Shown here: in pieces, positions 1-8,079 of the stretch
Numbering within the stretch: position 1 is the first letter of the stretch
Layout: the number at the start of each line of letters is the position of its first letter
Source: a virus
Lineage: Duplodnaviria; Caudoviricetes
Direction: 5' to 3' (one strand)
IMG/VR virus record: IMGVR_UViG_3300030106_004626
Span: 1 to 61,116 of that record
Length of the DNA: 61,116 nucleotides
Made by a program: the position numbers and the translations under genes
Notes under the pieces: model-generated
The model's input: the letters and a program-made list of their open reading frames with translations, nothing else
Databases searched by the model: none
Told to the model about the DNA's origin: nothing

Positions 1-549
1 GCCCCCCTCGATCGGAGTCATAATGTCGAAGGGAATGATCCCCTGCCTTCGCATCTCCAGCTTGGCAGCTTCGTTCTCATCTTCCAGTTCGGCATTGATG
101 ACGAGATCGCCAGCAACATTACACGCATCCCATGTCTGGTCTGGGTTGAGCCATGGGATAAAGATCCTCGCGCCATTGAAGGGCCGGAACCTAGCAGGGT
201 GACAGTAAATGATATGCTTGTTCTCGTGACCAACTACATACGCCGCCTCGGAAGGCTTGCGCTTGTTGATCTCTTCCTCGTTGTAATACCCGAACCGCCC
301 ATCGGTGCAAGCCAAGGGAACGTCTCGCGTTGACTTAATCCCTCGGTAGCAAGGACGAGCAGTGAACCCGTTCCACTTGTGGAGGTCGCGGATGCCAACC
401 TCAAGGGGGGATTTCCCCCTTGGGTCTAGTTCAATGAATGATGACGGCATAGTTATAATGTAGGAAATGTTTTAGCAGGTTGCAAGACCTTTTAGAAATT
501 ATTTATCACAGCCCCGCAGCAGCCATCCGGTCGGAGAGATTCTCGTAGG
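1..549. repeat. Terminal direct repeat, copy 1 (probable circular overlap)
   Basis: 1-549 matches 60568-61116 with two differences seen (position 3 and about position 49). The repeat cuts through coding sequence. Confidence 0.95.
457..485 (-). promoter_or_regulatory. sigma70-like promoter, leaderless (vWA gene; copy at 61024-61052)
   Basis: TTGCAA-17-TACATT-6nt-ATG(450). Confidence 0.75.
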
Positions 550-1447
550 TCTCGTTCCATTCCTTAGCAGTCTCCTTTCGCTCGGCTGGATCGAGGTCAA
601 CCACATCCAGTCCATCAACCATACTGGCAACCGTGTTAGCCGCAGTCTCCAGCTCGGGGAGGTTCAAGAAGTTTCTCGCCTTAACATCAGCGACCAGATC
701 TTTCAGCCCTTCAAACTTCTCAGGGCGGAGGCGAGTCTTCTTGCCGTTGGCGGTCTTGCCATTAGCTGCCTCCAGTCTCTCGATGCAACTGGACACGGCG
801 TCAAGGAGGCTTTCAACTGGACGCCCGTGGGCCTCCATCATCTTTCGCTCGGTGGCTTTCTCGGCCATGCGTCTTACCCTAGTGGCAGTCTCGGCCAGTG
901 CAGTGTTCACCCAAGCTGAATCAGACAGAGTAGACTCAACATCGAAACCGAACTCGGTCCGCTTCATAAACTTCTTGAGGGAGGGGAACTTGAATCCCTC
1001 CCCGTAAACGTCAAGGTCATCCGCCCCGCGATCTTTCAACATCTCCCACTCATCGCTGATCCGCTTCACGGCTCGCTCGAAGCGGGGTTCAAATGACCGG
1101 ACCACTGATTCAAAGTGCTCAAACGAATCGAGCTTCACAATGTAGCCATTGGCACGGCCAATCTTGCTCAGGCCCTTGTAGCCTTTGTCGAGGTCTCTCC
1201 TCGTCGCATGGCGCTTGAACTCGGCGGACAGGTTGCGGAGATCTCCGATTGCAGTCCCAGCCGTGGGGACAAACTTGGACGAAGCATGAATGAGCTTCTT
1301 GATTTCTTCCCGCTTGTGAATGGGAACGTGCTTCAGGAGTTCCTTGACCATCGCATCGTTCTTCTTAGACACGGTGACGTTGGGAACTCGGAGGGATATC
1401 TCAACCACAGAGTTGAGATCGCTAGTGTTAAATTTCATAGTTGGCAT
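506..1447 (-). CDS. DUF3150-like helical protein of the AAA/vWA module
   Basis: 313 aa helical protein lying between a MoxR-like ATPase gene and a metallopeptidase-vWA gene, the typical context for this family. Confidence 0.55.
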   Translation of the reverse strand: MPTMKFNTSDLNSVVEISLRVPNVTVSKKNDAMVKELLKHVPIHKREEIKKLIHASSKFVPTAGTAIGDLRNLSAEFKRHATRRDLDKGYKGLSKIGRANGYIVKLDSFEHFESVVRSFEPRFERAVKRISDEWEMLKDRGADDLDVYGEGFKFPSLKKFMKRTEFGFDVESTLSDSAWVNTALAETATRVRRMAEKATERKMMEAHGRPVESLLDAVSSCIERLEAANGKTANGKKTRLRPEKFEGLKDLVADVKARNFLNLPELETAANTVASMVDGLDVVDLDPAERKETAKEWNETYENLSDRMAAAGL

Positions 1448-1453
1448 AGTGGG

Positions 1454-1482
1454 ATATTAATTTCTCCAGTTAAGGTTGTCAA
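1454..1482 (-). promoter_or_regulatory. sigma70-like promoter, leaderless
   Basis: TTGACA-17-TAATAT-6nt-ATG(1447). Confidence 0.8.
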
Positions 1483-1491
1483 TAATTTCTA

Positions 1492-2688
1492 TCAGTTTTT
1501 TACGAGGCCGGTCAACTGCTTGGCATTCTCATGGAAAATGATTGGGTTGTCTTCCTCGGGATCGGACGGCGTGGAGTGGGCCTTGAGCGTGGAGAATGTC
1601 CACGCCCCCAGTTCAGCGGAGCACTCCTTGAAAAGGTCGAACGCCCAGTCCCAGAGACCGCTGACGATCGCCGCCGCCTTGTCATCTCCAGCCTCGTTCA
1701 GGCATACCCTGACCGCTGCGAACGCAAGGGCCGGATGCTTGTGCTTGGGGATGTTTGAAATCTTTTTCTTCCCCGCTCGGATAGCGGACAACTCAGGCCC
1801 TACCTCCAGCACGGTGTGAATAAGGTTGGCAATATCTTTGCAGATCATCTCGGGGATACTGCTGCTTGCTCGGCGAACGAACTCATCAGGGTCACCCTTG
1901 ATTGAATCGAAGGTGGGGTAGGCTTTCAAGACTCCCTCCCATGACCGACCGGAGCAGACAGGCCCGCCCACATATCTTCCTTCTGGTCCCTTCCATGGAT
2001 CAACCCCCTCGCCGTCGGTCTCCACGCCCTTGGAAAAGAACTCAAGATACTGCCAGATAGGACTGGCGGCATAGGCAGAGAAGTAATCGAGGAATTCTTC
2101 CACGGTCAAGACCCAGTTGAAGAGGGCGAGGCGAGCCGCTTCTGGCTTAGTGAACTCACGCTTCGCAGTGGTATCGGATTCTCTCCCGTTTGCAGTGAGC
2201 ATGATCTTGACGTTCGGCCCGAGAGCGTGAGTCCCGATATATCTCTTCACACCCTTGGGGGCATACCATGTGGGGCGGAGTGCGTGGAGCACGGGGTCTT
2301 CGTAGGTCAGGGCCTCATCGAAAACCCAGAGCACCTTCTTGTCCCCGATCAGGGCCTCGGTCGGTGCCTCCTTGGGCTGGGCTGGGCGGAGAACGAAGTC
2401 CCCTTTGCCAGTCGTATCGAAGGGCATATCAACTCCAATGAGCATCTCCTCATGGACACCCTTGAAATTAGAAATTAATATCCCGCCTTCACAGGCAGGG
2501 TCGAGAAGTTCGGGCATCGTCACCTGTCTCGGAGGGATGCCCAATTCTTTGGCAACGGTAAAGGTCGAGGTGGTCTTCCCGCTCCCCGTATCACCGAGAT
2601 AGGCGAGGGGCCGATCGGAGTCCCGAGAGAACTCAACGTCTCCTTTGACGGTGGAGAAGCCGGACTTAGCAAGTTTTAATGATGGCAT
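1492..2688 (-). CDS. MoxR-like AAA+ ATPase
   Basis: Walker A GDTGSGKT, Walker B WVFDE, sensor LTAN, arginine finger AARL. Confidence 0.8.
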   Translation of the reverse strand: MPSLKLAKSGFSTVKGDVEFSRDSDRPLAYLGDTGSGKTTSTFTVAKELGIPPRQVTMPELLDPACEGGILISNFKGVHEEMLIGVDMPFDTTGKGDFVLRPAQPKEAPTEALIGDKKVLWVFDEALTYEDPVLHALRPTWYAPKGVKRYIGTHALGPNVKIMLTANGRESDTTAKREFTKPEAARLALFNWVLTVEEFLDYFSAYAASPIWQYLEFFSKGVETDGEGVDPWKGPEGRYVGGPVCSGRSWEGVLKAYPTFDSIKGDPDEFVRRASSSIPEMICKDIANLIHTVLEVGPELSAIRAGKKKISNIPKHKHPALAFAAVRVCLNEAGDDKAAAIVSGLWDWAFDLFKECSAELGAWTFSTLKAHSTPSDPEEDNPIIFHENAKQLTGLVKN

Positions 2689-2694
2689 AGTTGA

Positions 2695-2723
2695 AGGCTA
2701 AATTAGATTTTTAATTGCGTCAA
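2695..2723 (-). promoter_or_regulatory. sigma70-like promoter, leaderless
   Basis: TTGACG-17-TAGCCT-6nt-ATG(2688). Confidence 0.75.
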
Positions 2724-2729
2724 TAATTT

Positions 2730-2924
2730 TTATATCTTTTTTTTCTCAAGGCGGTCAACGGTTTTCCAGACGGCGTGTGCCACCTGCTCGTCAGTCAGGC
2801 GCGGGAGTCCCTGCATCTCCAGTTCATTCTGGACAGTAGTGATGATCCCAAGTCCGAAGACGAGGGCATTGTTCACCGCGCTATCAAGTACGGATTGCTG
2901 GCTAGGGGTGAGGGGTTCAATCAT
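2730..2924 (-). CDS. hypothetical protein
   Basis: 64 aa ORF tiling the early arm. Confidence 0.6.
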   Translation of the reverse strand: MIEPLTPSQQSVLDSAVNNALVFGLGIITTVQNELEMQGLPRLTDEQVAHAVWKTVDRLEKKKI

Positions 2925-3111
2925 TATCTCGACTTTTAATATTCAGGTTAAGCATTCTCCGGTCGGTTCCTTCTGGAGGCAAGGTCGGTTCCAGTTCGTA
3001 GTCCATGTTGACCCCGTCGAAAGAGTCACCATTAACTGTGACCTCCGCATCAGATACATCAAAGATGGCACCGTAATACCGGAGGCAGTTGATCAAGTTC
3101 GGTATGTTCAT
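2917..3111 (-). CDS. hypothetical protein
   Basis: 64 aa ORF with its own promoter (TTGAGC-16-TATTCT-6nt-ATG, 3118-3145). Confidence 0.65.
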   Translation of the reverse strand: MNIPNLINCLRYYGAIFDVSDAEVTVNGDSFDGVNMDYELEPTLPPEGTDRRMLNLNIKSRDND

Positions 3112-3158
3112 AATTATAGAATAAGAATAATGGGTTTAAGCTCAAGAACTATTTTGTA

Positions 3159-3401
3159 TTAGTTGTAATTGGATTGGACATTGTCTCTTGCAACCCAACG
3201 TGAGGTAGCGGTAATAAGTAAGACTGGTTGCCCTCCCTCCTGATCAAAATCAGGATCATCATCGCGGAGTCTCGCAAAGCAATCGATAGATTCAAACGTA
3301 TCATCCACTAGGTTATGGATAGTCACGTTTGTTTTTCGTTGCTCGGGGGTCAAATTTTGTAACCAAGCAAGTAAATCTTGATAGGTTCTTTTCGGACTCA
3401 T
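3159..3401 (-). CDS. hypothetical protein
   Basis: 80 aa ORF tiling the early arm. Confidence 0.6.
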   Translation of the reverse strand: MSPKRTYQDLLAWLQNLTPEQRKTNVTIHNLVDDTFESIDCFARLRDDDPDFDQEGGQPVLLITATSRWVARDNVQSNYN

Positions 3402-3432
3402 TTATCGGGGTTCAGGGTTCAGGGTTCAGGGT

Positions 3433-3783
3433 TCAGAAAGGGGACTCAGCTTGGGCGAGGTCCGCGAAAGAAGCAGGAGTCGCGCCCTTCTTCACGGTGT
3501 AACCGTCCACTTCATCAAAGCTGGACACATCGTCGTTGTGGAACCACCGCTCACGACCGTCTTCCGCCGTTGCCCTAGTGAAGTGATCGATGACACTCTG
3601 CGATTCAAATCGCAGCGCAAACTCTAAAGCATCCTCCTCGCGCTCGAATTCATACCATTCATTGAACGGGGATGACCCGCTAGTGACGGCGTGGAAGAAG
3701 TGGCCAAATGACTTGTTGAAGACACATCCCCAAAACCATTCGGGCTGGTGGGATTGCTTTGCGTAGTTAAGTAGTTCACTCAT
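3433..3783 (-). CDS. hypothetical protein
   Basis: 116 aa ORF. Confidence 0.65.
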   Translation of the reverse strand: MSELLNYAKQSHQPEWFWGCVFNKSFGHFFHAVTSGSSPFNEWYEFEREEDALEFALRFESQSVIDHFTRATAEDGRERWFHNDDVSSFDEVDGYTVKKGATPASFADLAQAESPF

Positions 3784-3815
3784 TGGTTTAGTGGTTCAGG
3801 TTTCGGGGTTCAGGG

Positions 3816-4046
3816 TTAGTGAGGAAAGCCTAGCACTGAGACATCAGAGACGTTTTTTCCTACGAAGCGCACGACAAATTCAAGAGGCTCCTCGGAGAGA
3901 AGATCCTTGGCTACAATTTCCCCATCCTTTACGGACAGGCTGAAGCCGCCGTCCACCGCCGCAGTTTCTAGGTGGGATAGGATTTGATCGATTCTATACA
4001 TCGTTAGTGCTTCAGGTTGCGTTACGTTCTTTGAGGATCTCATCAA
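3816..4046 (-). CDS. hypothetical protein
   Basis: 76 aa ORF; true start may be an internal Met. Confidence 0.55.
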   Translation of the reverse strand: MMRSSKNVTQPEALTMYRIDQILSHLETAAVDGGFSLSVKDGEIVAKDLLSEEPLEFVVRFVGKNVSDVSVLGFPH

Positions 4047-4233
4047 TGGCTTCTGCTTTCCCCTCCAGCCTGTTCAGTACGCCTCTGGGATCTTCAGGGA
4101 ACTCATCAAGGATCGCTCGCACACGAGTGATGTCCTCGTAGCATTTATCACGTTCCTTGCGGAGACGAGCAGTGGGGCACGAGTAAAGGAATTTAAGCAG
4201 CGACAAGTTTTCTTTTTCTTCTGTTGATAACAC
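4012..4233 (-). CDS. hypothetical protein
   Basis: 73 aa ORF with GTG start. Confidence 0.55.
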   Translation of the reverse strand: MLSTEEKENLSLLKFLYSCPTARLRKERDKCYEDITRVRAILDEFPEDPRGVLNRLEGKAEAIDEILKERNAT

Positions 4234-4241
4234 GGTTCTTC

Positions 4242-4574
4242 TTAGTGGTTCAGGTTGGGGTCATTGTCCATTGCCTCCCGAGCCTCGGCCTCACGCTCGT
4301 CGAACCATTCGTCAAGAGCGGGGTCGGGGGGAGTGACAGCTTCCAGCTTCGCGATCTCTTCAAAGACAGACCGCTCATCGTAATCGTTGTAGGCCCTCGG
4401 CCCATCGTCCAGCATCATGCGGAGATCGGCGGGGTCCATGGGCTTGAGGGATGGGGCCGGAGCAGAAGCCTCCCCCGATTCCTTGGGTGATTCGGAGGAG
4501 GCATGATGCCCAGTTCCACCTGTAAAGATTTTAGTGAGGGCGTTGTGAACTGAGAAGGGGGCGTTGTCAGGCAT
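4242..4574 (-). CDS. hypothetical acidic protein
   Basis: 110 aa; promoter TTGTTA-17-TACCTT-6nt-ATG (4581-4609). Confidence 0.65.
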   Translation of the reverse strand: MPDNAPFSVHNALTKIFTGGTGHHASSESPKESGEASAPAPSLKPMDPADLRMMLDDGPRAYNDYDERSVFEEIAKLEAVTPPDPALDEWFDEREAEAREAMDNDPNLNH

Positions 4575-4612
4575 GGTTTTAAGGTAAGAAATTAATGAGG
4601 GGATAACAAGAA

Positions 4613-5059
4613 CTATTTTGTATTTTTTTCAGAAAGAGAAAGACCCGCCGCTTTTACTGAGTCATCTTCGATGGCAGCGATCTCATCGTAGGCGTCACCC
4701 CATGGGCCGTAGGTCTCATGCTCTACCAGAGCCTCAAGCATCTCAGCGTAGGTGTATTCATAGAAGGGATACTTGTCAGGGTTCACACCACCGAGCTTAA
4801 AGTATCGGGGTGCAGGGAGCAGTCCGCCCCTGCCATTGGCAAGGTCAATGACCAGTCCCATCTCCCTGTTGAAAAGAAAGGCATGGCCGAATCGGACTCC
4901 CTCGATGGGGCCTCCCCCAGCGCACATTGTATGGACGAGGGTCCATGAATTGCGCTTGTCGGGGAGACCGAACTCAGTCCACCTGTTCTCCATGAAGGAG
5001 TTCACAGCAGACTCGTAGCAGTCGCCGAGATCCTTTGTATATTCGACGGCTACCGACAC
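4613..5059 (-). CDS. hypothetical protein, possible transglutaminase/papain-like fold
   Basis: Cys-His-Asp order in GDCYE...GHAF...VID. Confidence 0.45.
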   Translation of the reverse strand: MSVAVEYTKDLGDCYESAVNSFMENRWTEFGLPDKRNSWTLVHTMCAGGGPIEGVRFGHAFLFNREMGLVIDLANGRGGLLPAPRYFKLGGVNPDKYPFYEYTYAEMLEALVEHETYGPWGDAYDEIAAIEDDSVKAAGLSLSEKNTK

Positions 5060-5337
5060 TCGCTCAACGGTTTAGGGCTGAACCATCTGTCCCTCTCGAT
5101 CGGGAGACCGAGCGGACCACGGGCGGAGGCCAGTTCTGACAGGGAGAAGTAGCCGAGTTCCTTGTCGAAGCCATCGACAAGGCCGAAGAACCGATCCTCG
5201 CCATCGAACTCGGTCGCATACCAAGTCCAGTTGGAGTCCGGTGTGAAGAACTTGGCGACCGCAGTTGGGTCTTCGTCCTTCTCAGTTGAGTAGAGTGGGG
5301 GCAGCTTGGCCCTCAGTTCTTTAGTTAGCAGTTTCAT
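5050..5337 (-). CDS. DUF2958 family protein
   Basis: Characteristic motif [15 protein letters not shown]...FFGLVDG...[10 protein letters not shown]...IERD. Confidence 0.85.
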   Translation of the reverse strand: MKLLTKELRAKLPPLYSTEKDEDPTAVAKFFTPDSNWTWYATEFDGEDRFFGLVDGFDKELGYFSLSELASARGPLGLPIERDRWFSPKPLSECR

Positions 5338-5614
5338 AAAGTGATTCGATGTGATCGTTCAGATGATCGAGAAAGTTTTCCAGCGCCGCCTCGTGATGAG
5401 ACCGCTCTCTCCGCGCCTCGCCCCACTCATCAGTGGTGAAGTAGTCACGGGGGTGGAACTCGATTGCCTCACTCGCGGTGAGGGCATCGGCCACGGCGTC
5501 ACGGGCGGCGAGGTATCCTTTCAGTAAAGTCTCGCGATGTGTCCCGCCCAAGTGGACAGTCGGGAGAGCGAATCGAAGGAAAGGGGGGTAATGGCAGTGA
5601 ACGTAATCAGGCAT
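5321..5614 (-). CDS. hypothetical protein
   Basis: 97 aa; -10 TACTCT lies 6 nt before the ATG. Confidence 0.65.
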   Translation of the reverse strand: MPDYVHCHYPPFLRFALPTVHLGGTHRETLLKGYLAARDAVADALTASEAIEFHPRDYFTTDEWGEARRERSHHEAALENFLDHLNDHIESLYETAN

Positions 5615-5676
5615 GGTCTTAGAGTAAGAAAGGTTTTAACAAAAGGCGAGCATAAAATGAAATTATTTTACAGGAG

Positions 5677-5970
5677 TTAGTCCGGCAGTTCCTCCGGCTC
5701 AGGTTCACGGCAACGCTCCATCGCATCCCGCTTCAAGCCCCACTCATACTCATCCGCAATGGCGTCACGCTCTACCGTTGCTCGGCTCGGGGGAGCCAGC
5801 TCAGGCCAAGCCGCATCCCGTTCTTCGAGAGTGTCGTAGGTGAGAAGTTCAGCACCGGATCGAAGGGCGCGGAGGTAACGATCCGCCTCGGCCCTTTCGC
5901 GAGTAGTGAAACGGACGAACCGGATCGACGGGTCAGGATAGGTGGGGAAGGTAACTACGTAGTAGGACAT
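5677..5970 (-). CDS. hypothetical protein
   Basis: 97 aa ORF. Confidence 0.6.
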   Translation of the reverse strand: MSYYVVTFPTYPDPSIRFVRFTTRERAEADRYLRALRSGAELLTYDTLEERDAAWPELAPPSRATVERDAIADEYEWGLKRDAMERCREPEPEELPD

Positions 5971-5993
5971 TATCTCAGTAATTGTTTTTCAGG

Positions 5994-6332
5994 TTAAAGG
6001 GCGAGCACTTCCCCGACACAGGACGGCGGGTCAGATCCTTTGTAGTGGGCCTCGCCTTTCTCGGTCAGGTAGAGCATCAGCTTGCCTCGGGTCGGGCGGT
6101 CGGCCTTGGCTCTCCTCTTTCTCTCTTTACGGTAGGCAAGCACGGCTTCATCGAACGTCTCGTAGTGTCGCAGCTTCGTAGGCTCTGGGTTTGGCTCGGG
6201 GAGATTGTCCGGCATGAACCACAGAACCGACACGTAGAAGTGTCCCGCCGCAGTGTAATAAGGGGCGGGATGTTCTGTCAGCCATCCGAACTCGGGGCGG
6301 TAGGCATTGGGGTGATTAAACATATCAGGCAC
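5994..6332 (-). CDS. hypothetical protein (start revised to GTG at 6332, MPDMFN...)
   Basis: TTGCTC-16-TATGGT-6nt-GTG; the MPD N-terminus matches neighbouring genes. Confidence 0.65.
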   Translation of the reverse strand: MPDMFNHPNAYRPEFGWLTEHPAPYYTAAGHFYVSVLWFMPDNLPEPNPEPTKLRHYETFDEAVLAYRKERKRRAKADRPTRGKLMLYLTEKGEAHYKGSDPPSCVGEVLAL

Positions 6333-6363
6333 GGTTACACCATACACGGCGGGGACAGGGGAG

Positions 6364-6423
6364 CAAGAACATTCTGGTATTATTTTTACCTACGAAAAAG
6401 GCCCCGCCGAAGCAGGGCCTTGA
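6364..6423 (-). repeat. Terminator + promoter-upstream cassette, copy 1
   Basis: Near-identical to 7066-7126. Minus strand reads AGGCCCTGC-loop-GCGGGGCCT TTTT, then an AT-rich tract and GTTCTTG (-35). Confidence 0.85.
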
Positions 6424-6434
6424 AGGGGCTGGGG

Positions 6435-7034
6435 TCAGGCAGCTTTCGGGAAGGAGAAGAACCCGAAGTTCTCATCCTTGTCAGAGGCGCTCACCTTCGC
6501 AGTGAATCTCACCTCCTTGGCACCATCTTTAACCGCCGCGACCAGACGAGCGGGGACCGTTCCCCAGAGACGATTGCCATCGGGCAGGGCCACCGTCATC
6601 TTGAGGGTCGCGTCATTGGCGGACCCCCGCCAGCCGTCAGAATACCTCGGGCTGGGAGCGAAGGGGTTGTCCTTCCATTTCTTGGAAACAACCTTGCCCT
6701 CGATCAGGAACCTCCGCTCATCGAGCGAGAAGTTCTCAGTCTCCTCGGTCGGAACGAGGTGCCCCGACTCAAGGAGCGGGGTAGGGGGAGCAGGTTTCAC
6801 GCTATCACTGGCGATCTTGTGGAGCCAGAAGCGGCGAGCTTCTGAGAACTTGTCGCCCCACTTCTTGAGGTCGGCGACGAGACCCTTGGCGAAGACACTC
6901 GCTTTTGGATCGGCGGAAATCGCAGCGGCTGCATCAGCATCCGTTGCGAACTTACTTGTGAAGCCCTTGACCTTGCGGCCCGTGGAAGTGGTCACGGCGG
7001 CGAAGGTGAGGGCGGATTTAGTTTTATCAGGCAC
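6435..7034 (-). CDS. hypothetical protein with possible C-terminal OB-fold
   Basis: 199 aa, beta-rich C-terminus; promoter TTGACC-16-TAATAT-6nt-GTG (7041-7068). Confidence 0.65.
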   Translation of the reverse strand: MPDKTKSALTFAAVTTSTGRKVKGFTSKFATDADAAAAISADPKASVFAKGLVADLKKWGDKFSEARRFWLHKIASDSVKPAPPTPLLESGHLVPTEETENFSLDERRFLIEGKVVSKKWKDNPFAPSPRYSDGWRGSANDATLKMTVALPDGNRLWGTVPARLVAAVKDGAKEVRFTAKVSASDKDENFGFFSFPKAA

Positions 7035-7065
7035 GACTGCATATTAGCAGGACCGCATAGGGGGT

Positions 7066-7126
7066 CAAGAACTTTCTAGTATTATTTTTACCTACGAAAA
7101 AGGCCCCGCAAAAAGCAGGGCCTTGA
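7066..7126 (-). repeat. Terminator + promoter-upstream cassette, copy 2
   Basis: Near-identical to 6364-6423. Confidence 0.85.
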
Positions 7127-7149
7127 GAGAGTGTCCTGTGGAACGTGGA

Positions 7150-7527
7150 CTATGGCTTGTTTAGCTTGTTCACGACCATGTGGACCGGACGATCCTCGTC
7201 GCCATCAACATAGCCAACCTTGGCCATGACCTTGACCGAGTCCGTTCTTTCAAACGCTGGGAGAAATCCCATCGCATCGAAGAACTTGTATCGGGTCGCA
7301 TGGCTCAGGAAACCGTCACCAGAATCGATGTCATAGGTGCCATCGAGAATCACAGAGTGGTAGCTCGTGCCATAAGGCGCAATCTCGGTGATCCTGCAAC
7401 CCCATGGGGCCGCATCCTCGCGGAGATTAAGATGGCTCGGGTGGAGTCTCATCCCCTCTTCAAGGGCGGAGACCTTTTCGTCAACCCAAGCGATTTTCAG
7501 CGCGGCTGGAAATTCAATCTTGCTCAT
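7150..7527 (-). CDS. hypothetical protein
   Basis: 125 aa; perfect Shine-Dalgarno AAGGAGGT upstream. Confidence 0.7.
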   Translation of the reverse strand: MSKIEFPAALKIAWVDEKVSALEEGMRLHPSHLNLREDAAPWGCRITEIAPYGTSYHSVILDGTYDIDSGDGFLSHATRYKFFDAMGFLPAFERTDSVKVMAKVGYVDGDEDRPVHMVVNKLNKP

Positions 7528-7578
7528 TTGTTAATACCTCCTTTCTACTTGTTAGGGTTAATAATCAGGGCGGGGAAA

Positions 7579-8079
7579 TCAGTTGTTGTCAATCTCCTCA
7601 GAGGAGTCGGCGAGGTTAGTGAGGGCGGCGAAGGACTCGCGGACCACCTTGGCCTTGCCCTCGATAATGTGGACCGGCACCGTCCGCTCACGGGCCGCGT
7701 TTCTAGCGATTGAGGTTGCAGTGTCGCAGGTCACCATCAGGAGGTGGACCCGCATTCCGGCGGCATGGGCCTCGGAGATCCAGCTTGCGACCTTCTCAAC
7801 ATTGGTTGCGGTGGAATCGAGAATGTGGGTAGCGCCAGCATCTAAGGCCGCAAGGCGGCGCTTTTCGAACTCGGCCTTGCTCCAGTCATGCACCAACTCG
7901 GGGCGCTTGGGATCAAAATCGGGGTGATCCTTTTTTAGATCGTCACAGTCAAGGACTGGAAGATCAGGCCACAAGTGACGGCAAAGGGAGGACTTGCCAG
8001 CAGCGGGGAGACCAGCCGTCAGGATGACGGTCGGGGCGGTAAGATCAGCAGTGGAAGTGTTAGTGGAAAATCTGAGCAT
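7579..8079 (-). CDS. P-loop kinase (AAA_33/zeta-toxin-like); start revised to 8079
   Basis: GLPAAGKS, LDCDD, ILDST and RNAARER lid motifs; promoter TTGCAA-17-CAGACT-5nt-ATG. Confidence 0.8.
   Translation of the reverse strand: MLRFSTNTSTADLTAPTVILTAGLPAAGKSSLCRHLWPDLPVLDCDDLKKDHPDFDPKRPELVHDWSKAEFEKRRLAALDAGATHILDSTATNVEKVASWISEAHAAGMRVHLLMVTCDTATSIARNAARERTVPVHIIEGKAKVVRESFAALTNLADSSEEIDNN

Noticed and set aside
1-549. Terminal repeat as a biological DTR
   Set aside because: It begins and ends inside coding sequences, with mismatches near the contig edge. Circular assembly overlap or permutation is more likely.
5982-6845. Long plus-strand ORFs across the early arm (e.g. 1115-1819, 5982-6845, 59933-60487)
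   Set aside because: They are antisense shadows of GC-rich minus-strand genes, cross promoters and terminators, and contain no recognisable motifs.
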